Below, piece after piece: positions 9,409 through 18,986 of a stretch of DNA of 64,000 nucleotides (its first letter is position 1; each line of letters begins with the position of its first letter). The DNA is from a virus (lineage: Duplodnaviria; Caudoviricetes). The stretch covers positions 13,368-77,367 of the IMG/VR virus record IMGVR_UViG_2595698339_000001. One strand, written 5' to 3'. The notes beneath the pieces are model-generated. The model was not told the origin of the DNA. It saw only the letters and a program-made list of their open reading frames with translations, and ran no database searches. Position numbers and translations under genes: made by a program.

Positions 9409-11805
9409 ATGACATATCCGGTTACCCCGGACCCGTCAATCCACAACGTCCCCGCCCGCAATCGCGCGCAGGACCAGCAGCAGATCATCAACCAGCTGCG
9501 AACCCTGTTCCTAGCCCTCCCCAAAGCCATCCTGAGCCAGGTCGTTGCCTTCATCAAGCAGACGACGGGCATCGACCTCTCAGGGTTGCTCAACTTCCTG
9601 GAGGGCGTGTTCGGCGGCATCAATCTGCTCAACCCCCCGAGTCCCGCGGAGATTTGGCGTGGCGTCGTTCAGACGCTCATCCAGCCCCTCAACCTTCTCA
9701 TCGGGCCGAATTCGCTTCTGGGCCACCTCTTCCGGCAGCTTCAGGCGCCCGAGGTGGTCAACCTCCTGCCCGCCTCCACGTTCGCCAGTGGCTCCATTAC
9801 CGACAACACGCTGTTCACCGTCGACCTCGGCCACTCCCGCAGTTCTGATGGGTCGGGCGCCGCCAAGGTCATCGCAGACGGGGAACTCAAGACGATAACC
9901 AGCGGCACCAACCCGCAGGACGTCATCGTGATTGCCCCCGGCACCACCGTCTCTGGCACAGTGTTCGTCAGCCACGAGGGCTACGAGGGCACGGGGGTGG
10001 CCATCCGCCTCCTCCTGGTCCCGTTCGCCGACGACGGCGAGCCGGGTGAGCCCATCGAGCTGGCCTCCTACGCGCCCGCCTCCGCGGACATGGAGTGGCC
10101 CGGATTCGAGCTGACCGGGTCCGAGACGCTGCCCGAGGAAGTCGTCGGAGTGCAGCTCCGCATCGAGGTGACCGAGGAAGCCACCGCAGGCACCTTCTAC
10201 CTCGATGACGCGAAAGTCGTTCAGTCAGGCAAGATTCAGCCCAGCTGGATCAGCGGCCTGACGGACACGATTGACGACATCCGCGGACGCATCCAGGCCA
10301 TGCTCGACACAATCGTCAACACGCTGCGCGGCGCCGGATCGGGCGTGCTCAACACGTTCGCCGACCTGGTAGACGTCCTCAAGAACATCAACCCAGCCAA
10401 CATCCTCGGGTGGTTCGGCGCGGCTACCATCCCCGAAGCGTTCCAGAACTTCCTGGACGCCATTGTCGGTGGCGCCGTGGGCCAGCAAGGTTCCGGCGCC
10501 AGCCTGGCGGACGCCTTCAACGTGTTCCTCAAGATCGCGTCGGACGCCGCCAAGGGCCTGTTCTCCTGGGACCTACTCGGCGTGCGCACCAACAAGCCGA
10601 TCAACCGCGGCCTGATCAAGTCGGAGCGCTCCAACTTCAACTTCTCGGAGATCACCGACTGGCTCGAAGTCACGCAAGAGAATTCACTCATCGCGGTGGA
10701 CAACATCGAGGAGTCGATGCCACTGGGTGTCATCTCCTGGATTGGCTACGGCACCGTGGGCCTGACCGCGTTCTACGTGAACGTCTACCAGGTGCTGGAA
10801 AACGGCGACTTCGAGCTGGTCCACCACTCGCCCAACATTGTTGACCGGCTGTCCGGCAACGAGGCGCCGGGAGAGTTCCAGCGCTACGAGCTGGATGAGG
10901 CCCTACCAATCGAGATCACCGAGGCATACGCCTACGAGCTGGTGCCCGTGGGTGGCTCGCACTGGGTGCGCGGCATCATCTCGAAGATTCCCTTCGACCC
11001 GAAGACGACTCTCGTCTCCTTGGCCGCATCCCGCGACAACACCGCGGACCCCGACAACCCGCCCGAGCTGATCGCCAAGCTCGACATCACCCGCTCATTC
11101 AACGTGCCATGGGTCGGCATCGCAGTCGACACCGGCAACGGGGGAGATCACCACGACCCGCAGCGCATCGCGCTCGCTGGCGCCACGGAAATTCCCATGC
11201 CCGCATGGGCCAACGCGGTCGACCTCATCGGCGTCGGCGGCGCGGGCGGCGGCCGCCAAGGCTCCCTCACCAGCAATGGCGAGGGCGGCGACCCCGGCAA
11301 GTGGGCAGCTGCCACCCTTCTGCGCGGCGTCGACTTCGACGGACCCGTCATCATCCAGTTCACCCCCGGCGACGGGGGCTCTGGCGGCACAGGCGTCGGC
11401 GGCAAGGGTGGCGACACGGTCTTCACCCTTGGCGACAACACGGTGACCGCAGAGGGCGGCGCGGGCGGCACCTCGCTCAGCCTCCTTGGCACCTCGGTTG
11501 GCCGCGGACCCGTCCCGCTGGAGTACAACGGCGAGACCTACGTAGCTGGCGCGGACCAGAAGGTATTCAGTGGCCCCGGTCAGGCCCCTGGCGGCGCTGG
11601 CAACGGCGGCGACCGCTTCTTCAACAACGGCGGCCATGGCGCCCGCGGCGGCGGTTGGGTGCGCTTCTACAAGGTTGAGTCGCCCGATGAGACGACTCCG
11701 CCTGAGCCTATCGACACCACGCCACCGACCCCTCCCGAGACGGTGATCGTCAACACCACCTACTCGGTCATCACGGTGCGAGCGGAAGGAGGTACGGACG
11801 AATGA
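9409..11805 (+). CDS. minor tail protein with C-terminal glycine-rich domain
   Basis: 798 aa, GGGGAG RBS, carbohydrate-binding-like middle region, GGxGG repeats. Confidence 0.85.
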   Translation: MTYPVTPDPSIHNVPARNRAQDQQQIINQLRTLFLALPKAILSQVVAFIKQTTGIDLSGLLNFLEGVFGGINLLNPPSPAEIWRGVVQTLIQPLNLLIGPNSLLGHLFRQLQAPEVVNLLPASTFASGSITDNTLFTVDLGHSRSSDGSGAAKVIADGELKTITSGTNPQDVIVIAPGTTVSGTVFVSHEGYEGTGVAIRLLLVPFADDGEPGEPIELASYAPASADMEWPGFELTGSETLPEEVVGVQLRIEVTEEATAGTFYLDDAKVVQSGKIQPSWISGLTDTIDDIRGRIQAMLDTIVNTLRGAGSGVLNTFADLVDVLKNINPANILGWFGAATIPEAFQNFLDAIVGGAVGQQGSGASLADAFNVFLKIASDAAKGLFSWDLLGVRTNKPINRGLIKSERSNFNFSEITDWLEVTQENSLIAVDNIEESMPLGVISWIGYGTVGLTAFYVNVYQVLENGDFELVHHSPNIVDRLSGNEAPGEFQRYELDEALPIEITEAYAYELVPVGGSHWVRGIISKIPFDPKTTLVSLAASRDNTADPDNPPELIAKLDITRSFNVPWVGIAVDTGNGGDHHDPQRIALAGATEIPMPAWANAVDLIGVGGAGGGRQGSLTSNGEGGDPGKWAAATLLRGVDFDGPVIIQFTPGDGGSGGTGVGGKGGDTVFTLGDNTVTAEGGAGGTSLSLLGTSVGRGPVPLEYNGETYVAGADQKVFSGPGQAPGGAGNGGDRFFNNGGHGARGGGWVRFYKVESPDETTPPEPIDTTPPTPPETVIVNTTYSVITVRAEGGTDE

Positions 11806-14642
11806 TCGTCGCGTACAACGTATATGACGCGGACACCAACCTGAAGCTGAACGAGCAGCCCATCCCCATCACAGAAACGTGGGACTGGGTTGGTCGCTCA
11901 GCGGGGACGCCGTACCGGATCTACACCACCAACGTGGATGCGGCCGGATGGGAGTCTGAACCAGGCCCCGTCAAGGAGGTGTCCACCAAGGAGTTCGTCC
12001 CCACCGAAGGCCCCATGCCCTCTGACCTCACCTCCGTCATTGACGAGATCGTGGCGGAGGGTATGGCCACAGGGGCGGGGCCAGGCGTTGGCCTGTATGT
12101 GACATCGCCGCAGGGCTACTACCTGAAGACCTACGGCATCTCCACCACAGGCGTGCCGCTGACCCCGGACATGCACTTCCGCATCGGTTCGGCCACTAAG
12201 CCGTTCACGGCCACCGCGGTGCTCATGGCAATCCAGGACGGGCTCATCTCGCTGGAAGACACCATCGACCAGTTCGACACCCCGGAGTTCAAGCTCAGCG
12301 ACATCGACCGGGCCAACGAGATCAAGATTCGTCACCTGATGATGATGCGGTCGGGCGTCTTCAATGAGCAGCGAGACCTGACGTTCATGCTCAACTTCGC
12401 CCTGTTCCCGAAGTCGGGATTCTCCGACCAATCCTGGTTCAACGTTCTCAAGAGCCATAAGCTGGTTCGTGACCCGGGAACCGAATTCGAGTACGTCAAC
12501 GGCAACTGGTTCCTCATCAGTCTGATCCTGAAGGCGGTGCGCGGCAAGCACATTCGACAAATCCTCTACGACGATATCATCAACCCGCTGGGTCTGACGG
12601 AAACGTCCTGGCCCGCCACGGCGGCGATGCCCGCCCCCTACGCGGTGGGGCATGACGGACTCCTCGGCGGCATCACCACCGAGACTCATCCGACGTGGCC
12701 GCACTGCGCCGGGTCGATTGTGTCGACGCTGACCGACCTGCATAAGTGGTGTGGGCACATGCGAGACGCCACGCTACTGACCCCCGAAATGGAGCAGCTG
12801 CGCGACTCGATGTTCTGCCCCATCCCATCGGGAAGCCCCTTCGCGCCGCCAGAGTACGGCTACGGCCTGGCCTGGTACGACTATGGCGACTGGAAGGGTC
12901 ATGCCGGATCGTGGGTGGGCTACGAGTGCTCACCGATGTACCACAAGGAATCCGGCACGATCATCGTCTGCTACGAGAACTCGCAGAGTACCGGCACCAA
13001 CGGCGTTGGCGTCCAGACGTTCTCGCAGATTTTCCCGCAGATCGCCGAACTCCTTGTCCCGGGCTCTATGCCGGTCAAGGAGTACGCCTCGTGCGCCATC
13101 TCATCTGACCCGTTCCTCGGTAAGCCCGCCCCGGCCAACCTCGGCTACAAGGGCGTGTCCACTCCCATTACCGGGCTCGGCGGTGGTTCTGTCAACTTCA
13201 CCGCGGCGGCCAACGCTGACGTCTTCGGCTTCGTTACCTGGGACCGCAGTGGGCCGGTCCCCACCGCCACCTATGGCGGCGAGGACATGGAGCGCATTGC
13301 CGTTGAGTATCACAGCGGCGACTCGGCATACGGTGGTCAGGCCCTCTTCCGAATTCCCAACGCGGGAACGGGGGAGGCGAAGTCGTTCAAGGTGTCTGGC
13401 AGCGGCTACGGATGGCACACCGCCTACGCGGTCGCCTTCGAGTCCGTGGTCGGCGTCGAGGGACCTACAACCAACTCTGGTCTTGGCACCGTCCACTCGC
13501 ACCCGGTGGAGGCAAGCTCATCCGGGCTCGTCCTGCAAGCGTTCTCGGCGGGCTACGGGTACTCCAACATCGACACGATCACAGGCGCGCGCTACCGGGC
13601 GAAGTACACCGGCGTCGCGCCCCTCCTGGCCGTGAACACCACCAATCTCACGGGCGACATCTCGACTATCTCCTCCAGGGATAACCGCTGGGCGTCCATC
13701 GCGGTGAACATCACCGTGGCGCACGACATCGAGGTCACACCGCCCCCATTCGAGCTGACCCTCAACGGCGGAACCCCGGTGATCGAAATGGACGTGGCCA
13801 ACAAGGTCATCACCCCCGCAGGGTTTGACCTCGGCATGATCATGGGCGAGCCCAGCGGACAGAAGATCACCCCCGAGTCGACACCGCTGACCCTGACCTG
13901 GGGCACGCCTCAGATCGAGGTCGCACCGTCCTTCATCCCGTTCACTGACGTCAATATCGAACACACCGACGAGCCGGTACCGGCAGGCACCACAGGCGCC
14001 TGGGTCACCCTCGGTGGCGCTGGCGGCGGCGGCGGCTCTGGTCGCCGATCCAACTCCGGTTACCGATACGGCGGCGGCGGTGGTGGTGGTGGCGCCTACG
14101 TGGACCGCATCTTCGTCCCCGTCGAGCTCATGGGCTCCACCTATTCGGTGACGCGCGGCAGCGGCGGCAGCGGCGGCGCTAAGGTGCTCACTTCTGGAGA
14201 TGGGCGCGGCGGCGCCAACGGTGGCGCATCCGTCTTCTCATCCGGCAGCGTCGTCATTACCGCGAACGGTGGCGGACATGGCTCGGGCGGCACCAGCTCG
14301 TCCAGTAGCGGCACGCGGGGCCTCGGCGGCACGGCAACGGCTGTGGGCATCACTGGCGTCACTGCGTCACTGCTCTCTGGAGCCAACGGCGGCAACGGCG
14401 GCAGTAGTCCTACCAGCGGTGGCAGCAAGACCGACGGCGCTGGCGCTGGCGGTCGAGGCGGTGGCGGCAAGAAGTCCAACGACAAAACCTTCAACGGCGG
14501 CAACAACGGGACCAGCGACGGCCCCGCGGGCAACGGCGGCGGCGGATCGAGCGGCGGCAGCGGCACCGGCACTGACGCAGGTGACGGTGGCGATGGCTAC
14601 ACCAAGATCGAATGGTCCAACCTTCCGAACGGAGGTGTATAA
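11802..14642 (+). CDS. minor tail protein with D-Ala-D-Ala carboxypeptidase (serine beta-lactamase fold) domain
   Basis: FRIGSATK (SxxK), YVN (YxN) and GHAG motifs; Gly-rich C-terminus; lies in the tail operon. Confidence 0.9.
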   Translation: MIVAYNVYDADTNLKLNEQPIPITETWDWVGRSAGTPYRIYTTNVDAAGWESEPGPVKEVSTKEFVPTEGPMPSDLTSVIDEIVAEGMATGAGPGVGLYVTSPQGYYLKTYGISTTGVPLTPDMHFRIGSATKPFTATAVLMAIQDGLISLEDTIDQFDTPEFKLSDIDRANEIKIRHLMMMRSGVFNEQRDLTFMLNFALFPKSGFSDQSWFNVLKSHKLVRDPGTEFEYVNGNWFLISLILKAVRGKHIRQILYDDIINPLGLTETSWPATAAMPAPYAVGHDGLLGGITTETHPTWPHCAGSIVSTLTDLHKWCGHMRDATLLTPEMEQLRDSMFCPIPSGSPFAPPEYGYGLAWYDYGDWKGHAGSWVGYECSPMYHKESGTIIVCYENSQSTGTNGVGVQTFSQIFPQIAELLVPGSMPVKEYASCAISSDPFLGKPAPANLGYKGVSTPITGLGGGSVNFTAAANADVFGFVTWDRSGPVPTATYGGEDMERIAVEYHSGDSAYGGQALFRIPNAGTGEAKSFKVSGSGYGWHTAYAVAFESVVGVEGPTTNSGLGTVHSHPVEASSSGLVLQAFSAGYGYSNIDTITGARYRAKYTGVAPLLAVNTTNLTGDISTISSRDNRWASIAVNITVAHDIEVTPPPFELTLNGGTPVIEMDVANKVITPAGFDLGMIMGEPSGQKITPESTPLTLTWGTPQIEVAPSFIPFTDVNIEHTDEPVPAGTTGAWVTLGGAGGGGGSGRRSNSGYRYGGGGGGGGAYVDRIFVPVELMGSTYSVTRGSGGSGGAKVLTSGDGRGGANGGASVFSSGSVVITANGGGHGSGGTSSSSSGTRGLGGTATAVGITGVTASLLSGANGGNGGSSPTSGGSKTDGAGAGGRGGGGKKSNDKTFNGGNNGTSDGPAGNGGGGSSGGSGTGTDAGDGGDGYTKIEWSNLPNGGV

Positions 14643-15605
14643 ATGGCTGCAGGCTGGTGGGTTGAGAAGGTCGTCAAGCCCCAACCCAAGCAGCTGACCC
14701 TCACCATGGGGACGCCCATCGTGACGCAGACGAACGATGTCCTCGTCACCCCGGCGCCGATGCACTTCGACCTTGACTGGGGAACCCCAGTCAATGGCCT
14801 GGCGGTCACCCCGGCTCCCGCGGAGATGGAGCTCGCGTGGGGCACTCCCGTTGTAACGCAAGGGATTAACATCAACCCGCCCGGGGCTGGGCTCACACTC
14901 ACCCCGGGCACCCCCGCGGTCATCTCCACGGCAAACCAGTTCATCAAGCCCGCAGGCAAGGACCTTGCATTCAGCTGGGGGGTCCCAGTGGTGACGACCA
15001 AGCCTAAGCCAGCCTTCGGGTCTATTAGCTCGCTAGTCGGCGGAACTATCGGACCCACGGTCGGTCTCAACGCACCCGCGGGCGCTGACGTGTTCGCGCT
15101 GGTCGCATGGGACCGCTCAGTGACCGGCGTAACTGGCATCACCTACGACGGTGTCGCCATGGAGTTCGTGGCCCAGCTCAATCACAACAACACGCCAGCG
15201 AACGGCAGCCTCGTCATATACCGACTGGCAGGCGCAGGCACGGGCTCCACGGAGACCTTCTCGGTATCGTCATCGGGCTCTTCCTGGTACATCCTCGGTG
15301 GAATCTCCTACACGAACGTAGGCGCCATCGGAACGCCGGTGACGACATACGGAGTTGGTGACACAGCATCCCAAGCGCTCACAATTCCGTCGAACGGCGT
15401 TGCCTTGCAGGTGGTTTCATCAGGTAGGGGGAGCGCCTCAGTCGGCGAGTACACCTCGTTTTCCGGGGTGACCAACCACGCGCATAACAGGATTAACGGC
15501 GCGGTAACGATGGCAATCAACACGGTTTCCGCGTCAGGCGTGGCGACCTCAACGGCCACGTCAACGACCAACCCCTGGGCGGCCATCACAATCCCTCTCA
15601 CGTAA
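14643..15605 (+). CDS. minor tail protein
   Basis: GGAGGT RBS; repeated P...L.L.WGTP.V units; C-terminal domain paralogous to part of the preceding protein. Confidence 0.8.
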   Translation: MAAGWWVEKVVKPQPKQLTLTMGTPIVTQTNDVLVTPAPMHFDLDWGTPVNGLAVTPAPAEMELAWGTPVVTQGININPPGAGLTLTPGTPAVISTANQFIKPAGKDLAFSWGVPVVTTKPKPAFGSISSLVGGTIGPTVGLNAPAGADVFALVAWDRSVTGVTGITYDGVAMEFVAQLNHNNTPANGSLVIYRLAGAGTGSTETFSVSSSGSSWYILGGISYTNVGAIGTPVTTYGVGDTASQALTIPSNGVALQVVSSGRGSASVGEYTSFSGVTNHAHNRINGAVTMAINTVSASGVATSTATSTTNPWAAITIPLT

Positions 15606-15619
15606 CCCCTCCGCATCCG

Positions 15620-15650
15620 AAAGGCCCCTCGAAATCCGAGGGGCCTTTGT
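15620..15650 (+). terminator. intrinsic terminator
   Basis: AAAGGCCCCTCG-AAATC-CGAGGGGCCTTT(GT), 12-bp stem. Confidence 0.7.
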
Positions 15651-15674
15651 CATACCCATGGAAAGGAACATCCA

Positions 15675-16103
15675 ATGGCCGCTGGTCCATGGACTCCCGT
15701 CAACTCCACTCGCACCAACCTCCTCAACGGCACCTTCGACCTCGACAGCGACTCGTTCAAGGTCGCCCTGGTCACCTCGTCTGGCAACATCAGCGCCTCC
15801 ACCACCGCGTGGTCTGGCGTCACTGGCGAGGTCGCCTCGGGCAACGGCTACACCACGGGCGGCGAGTCAGTCACCCTGTCCCTCACGGGGACCACCTCGG
15901 TGGCTGTCACGTTCGCATCCAACCCGGTGTGGACGGCTTCCGGCTCGGGCATCGCCGCCAAGTGGGCAGTGATCTACGAGGTGGGCGGCAACGTGCTGGC
16001 CTACGCTCTGCTGAACTCTGATGGCTCGACGTCGACCACGACCGATGGCAACACGCTAACGGTCAACAGCTCTGGGGCGAACTACATCTTCACCCTGGCG
16101 TAG
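15675..16103 (+). CDS. putative virion (tail fibre-associated) protein
   Basis: GAAAGGAA RBS; D.FKVAL...EVASGNGYTTGG motif common in phage tail regions. Confidence 0.7.
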   Translation: MAAGPWTPVNSTRTNLLNGTFDLDSDSFKVALVTSSGNISASTTAWSGVTGEVASGNGYTTGGESVTLSLTGTTSVAVTFASNPVWTASGSGIAAKWAVIYEVGGNVLAYALLNSDGSTSTTTDGNTLTVNSSGANYIFTLA

Positions 16104-16275
16104 GTCGACCGGCCGCGCGCAGCTGATACACGCGCGCTTTCGAGATGTCGAGCGCTTCCGCGACCTGCTGCCAGGTGCAGCCAGCTTGCATGGCTTCCCA
16201 CACCAGGCGCGGGAGCTCGGCATCCAACGCGGCGCGCTTGCCCCTGTTGGCGCGAATGCGGTCAAGCTCGGTCAC
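16090..16275 (-). CDS. small helix-turn-helix DNA-binding protein
   Basis: TWQQVAEALDISKARVYQL HTH; probably leaderless (minus-strand TAGACT 7 nt upstream of the GTG). Confidence 0.75.
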   Translation of the reverse strand: MTELDRIRANRGKRAALDAELPRLVWEAMQAGCTWQQVAEALDISKARVYQLRAAGRPTPG

Positions 16276-16282
16276 AGATCGC

Positions 16283-16323
16283 AGTCTAGCAGGGCTTGAC
16301 TTCTGGTCTAGTTCAACTAGACT
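16283..16323. promoter_or_regulatory. divergent promoters with palindromic operator
   Basis: Plus strand TTGACT(16296)-N16-TAGACT(16318); perfect palindrome GTCTAGTT-C-AACTAGAC 16306-16322; minus-strand -10 TAGACT at 16288-16283. Confidence 0.65.
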
Positions 16324-16407
16324 GTAGCTAACGCACCGACCTGACGGGTACAGATTGGAACCCTTGCCCGCCAGGTCGGCCCAACCCCCAACACAGGAGG
16401 CAACACC

Positions 16408-16692
16408 ATGTTACGCAAACTCGTCGCAACCGTCATCGCCGCCGCGGCCATCGGCCTCGGAGCTCCCGCTGTCGCGCAGGCTCAGCCGCACATGTGTGAC
16501 AACCACGGCTTCGGTTCCGGCATGATCTACAAGGCGGCCTGTGGGTCGGGCTCGGGCGGCGCGGCCGCGGAGTGGACCTACGCCAAGAACCCTGACGGCA
16601 CCGACAAGATGGAGTGCGGCAAGCACGTCTACAAGATCGCCCGCCACAGCGGCGGCGGCCGGTACGGCGTCGAGACCACCGATCCGTGGTGA
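16408..16692 (+). CDS. small secreted protein
   Basis: AGGAGG RBS; Sec signal peptide ending APAVAQA; Cys residues in the mature part. Confidence 0.75.
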   Translation: MLRKLVATVIAAAAIGLGAPAVAQAQPHMCDNHGFGSGMIYKAACGSGSGGAAAEWTYAKNPDGTDKMECGKHVYKIARHSGGGRYGVETTDPW

Positions 16693-16717
16693 CCTGAACC
16701 CACAACTGAATATCGAA

Positions 16718-16750
16718 GAAAGCCCCTGAGTTTCGGCTCGGGGGCTTTCG
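16718..16750 (+). terminator. intrinsic terminator-like hairpin
   Basis: GAAAGCCCCTGAG-T-TTCG-G-CTCGGGGGCTTTC. Confidence 0.7.
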
Positions 16751-16765
16751 CATTGGGGGAACATT

Positions 16766-18268
16766 TTGAGTGTAACTCGCGCGAACGTCGAAGCGACGAA
16801 GCGCTTTATCGGAGAGCGCGTCGGCAACCCGTATGTGTACGGCGGGGCGCTCTCGCCCACGAACGTCCACCAGGGCACCGACTGCTCAGAAGTCTGGCAG
16901 ACCGTCCTGGAGATGATCCACGGCCGGTACCAGCCGGGACGCCAGTCCGAAGGTGCCACCACCGAGTCCTACCGGCGCAAGCGCCAAGGCGGTTCGCTGC
17001 CTGACGGCGTGCGTGGCCCATTCGGCACTGTGGACGTGAACCACTGGAGCGAGATTCCCGCGGACGCCGCGGTCAAGCTCGCCTTCCATCACGGCCCTGG
17101 TGGCGGTGCGAACTCCCACATGTGGGGCGAGCTCGACGGCATGCTCATCGAGTCCGCGGGCTCCAAGGGCCTGGTCACCAACGGCCGCGCCATGACTGTC
17201 GACAACTCCTACGCCACGGCCTGGGCCTACCTGCCCGGACCCATCGTGGAGGACGGCACGCCGCCCGCCGACCCGCTGGAGCCCCGCGACACCCTGTACG
17301 CGGACGTCTCCGAATGGCAAGTGCCGGTCGATGATTCGTACCCATACTCCACGATCTGCATCCGGTCGAACGACGGGACGCACAAGGACCTGGACTGGGC
17401 GCACAACTACGACTGGTGCAAGCGCAACGCGGACAGCGGCAAGCTGAAGTTCTTCATGGTCTACTTCGTGTGGCGGCCGAACTGGCAGGACGCAGTCCGC
17501 ACGCTCAAGGAGCAGATCGGCACACCGCATCCCAAGATGGCCATCATGCTGGACATCGAGTCCTGGGGCGGGCAGATTCGCGGCAATCAATCCGCTGGCA
17601 TCAACGCCGCTTTCGAGGACATCGCAGCGTGGCTGGGGGACCGGCGCCGAGTGTTTGGCTACGGCAACGTCGGAGACCTCAACAGCATCTGGCCGCAGAA
17701 GCCCGAAGGCATTCGCCTGGTGGTCGCAGCCTACGGCTCCAATCCGTCCTACCCGGGGAAGATCGCTCACCAATACACGAACGGTGAGGGCTACGGGGCG
17801 CGCGACGGACTGCCCGATGGTGCAGCTCCCTTCGGCAAGTGCGACATGAACTCTGCGGACGGCCTGACCGCAACGCAATTCGCTGCGGCGCTTGGCATTT
17901 CCGTTACAACTGAAGAGGACGACGACATGGCAAAAGTCCCGCAAGATCAGTGGGACCGCGTCTACCGAGAGCAGACGCAGAAGCACCCCAGCCGGTCACC
18001 GCTTCGTCACCTGGACGAGGGTGTAATCGACACCTGGTGCGGCATCGACCTGAACGTAGACGGCAACGTCCACGTCGTGGTCGTGAAGGCTCTCGCAGAG
18101 ATGGGTCACCAGCCCTCCATCGCGCTCCTGTCCGAAGTGGCAGGCGCCGACCCGATCAAGTACCCAGACCGGCAAGAAGACCGCGCGCTGGCACTGCTGA
18201 TCCTCAACTGGGTCGCCAAGGTCAATCCGCAGGCACTCCAGACCTACATCGACTCACAGAAGGCATAA
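16766..18268 (+). CDS. lysA: lysin A (N-terminal cysteine peptidase + GH25-like muramidase + C-terminal binding domain)
   Basis: YVYGG..GTDCS..SHM peptidase motif; DVSEWQ, LDIESW, HQYT, CDMN GH25-like motifs; first gene of the lysis cassette. Confidence 0.92.
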   Translation: MSVTRANVEATKRFIGERVGNPYVYGGALSPTNVHQGTDCSEVWQTVLEMIHGRYQPGRQSEGATTESYRRKRQGGSLPDGVRGPFGTVDVNHWSEIPADAAVKLAFHHGPGGGANSHMWGELDGMLIESAGSKGLVTNGRAMTVDNSYATAWAYLPGPIVEDGTPPADPLEPRDTLYADVSEWQVPVDDSYPYSTICIRSNDGTHKDLDWAHNYDWCKRNADSGKLKFFMVYFVWRPNWQDAVRTLKEQIGTPHPKMAIMLDIESWGGQIRGNQSAGINAAFEDIAAWLGDRRRVFGYGNVGDLNSIWPQKPEGIRLVVAAYGSNPSYPGKIAHQYTNGEGYGARDGLPDGAAPFGKCDMNSADGLTATQFAAALGISVTTEEDDDMAKVPQDQWDRVYREQTQKHPSRSPLRHLDEGVIDTWCGIDLNVDGNVHVVVVKALAEMGHQPSIALLSEVAGADPIKYPDRQEDRALALLILNWVAKVNPQALQTYIDSQKA

Positions 18269-18271
18269 CTC

Positions 18272-18655
18272 ATGGACAAGATTCGCCAGTACTACTACCT
18301 CGCGGCGGCTGCCATCGCGGGCCTCATCCCGATCCTCAACATCCTGCACGTGCTGAGCGACGACCAGATTCTGAGCGTGAACCAGATCATCGCCAGCATC
18401 GGCTCGCTGATCGGCGCCGCGGGTGTCGGCACGGCCGGTGTGATCCTGGGCAAGCAGCGCAAGGAAGGCGTCCTCGAGAAGCTGGACCCAGCCGACAAGG
18501 TCGTCACCGGCATCCAGGAAGCGGTCACCGCGGCGGCCCACGCCAACGACCAGCTGGACCGCGTCAAGGAGGTCGTGAACACGCTCAACCCGGGCACGGT
18601 CATCGGCAACCTGGTGGAGCAGGCCATCGCAGCGGCAGCGCGGCCTCGTGTCTAG
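18272..18655 (+). CDS. holin
   Basis: Two N-terminal hydrophobic helices, directly after lysA. Confidence 0.8.
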   Translation: MDKIRQYYYLAAAAIAGLIPILNILHVLSDDQILSVNQIIASIGSLIGAAGVGTAGVILGKQRKEGVLEKLDPADKVVTGIQEAVTAAAHANDQLDRVKEVVNTLNPGTVIGNLVEQAIAAAARPRV

Positions 18656-18986
18656 CCCGGACGAACTCAAGGCCATCGACCTGGGGGTGGAGCTCAACGG
18701 CGACCCCCAGCCTTGGCGCTTCGTCAAGGTCCGCCACAACCGGGAGATTGGCGACATCGTCACCGATCCGGCCCGCGGCGAGTGGAACTCGGACCACAAC
18801 GGCAAGCACTACGAAGGCACCACCGCGCAGGCGGAGCACATCGTGGGCATCGCTGAGCAGATCGCGTGGACGCACATCTTCTCGGATGGCGTGAAGCGCG
18901 ACGCGGGCGACGTCCTGATCGCGCTGGGTGAGTTCCTGGTGGCCGCTGGCATCTTCGACGCCCTGAAGGGGGCCGAGGAGAAGTGA
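18648..18986 (+). CDS. hypothetical protein in lysis cassette
   Basis: 112 aa ORF overlapping both holin and lysB. Confidence 0.7.
   Translation: MSSPDELKAIDLGVELNGDPQPWRFVKVRHNREIGDIVTDPARGEWNSDHNGKHYEGTTAQAEHIVGIAEQIAWTHIFSDGVKRDAGDVLIALGEFLVAAGIFDALKGAEEK

Noticed and set aside
13990-14600. GGC tandem repeats as a DNA-level element
   Set aside because: Explained by glycine-rich tail protein coding
11802-14642. Beta-lactamase resistance gene
   Set aside because: The domain is embedded in a virion tail protein, a known mycobacteriophage carboxypeptidase arrangement
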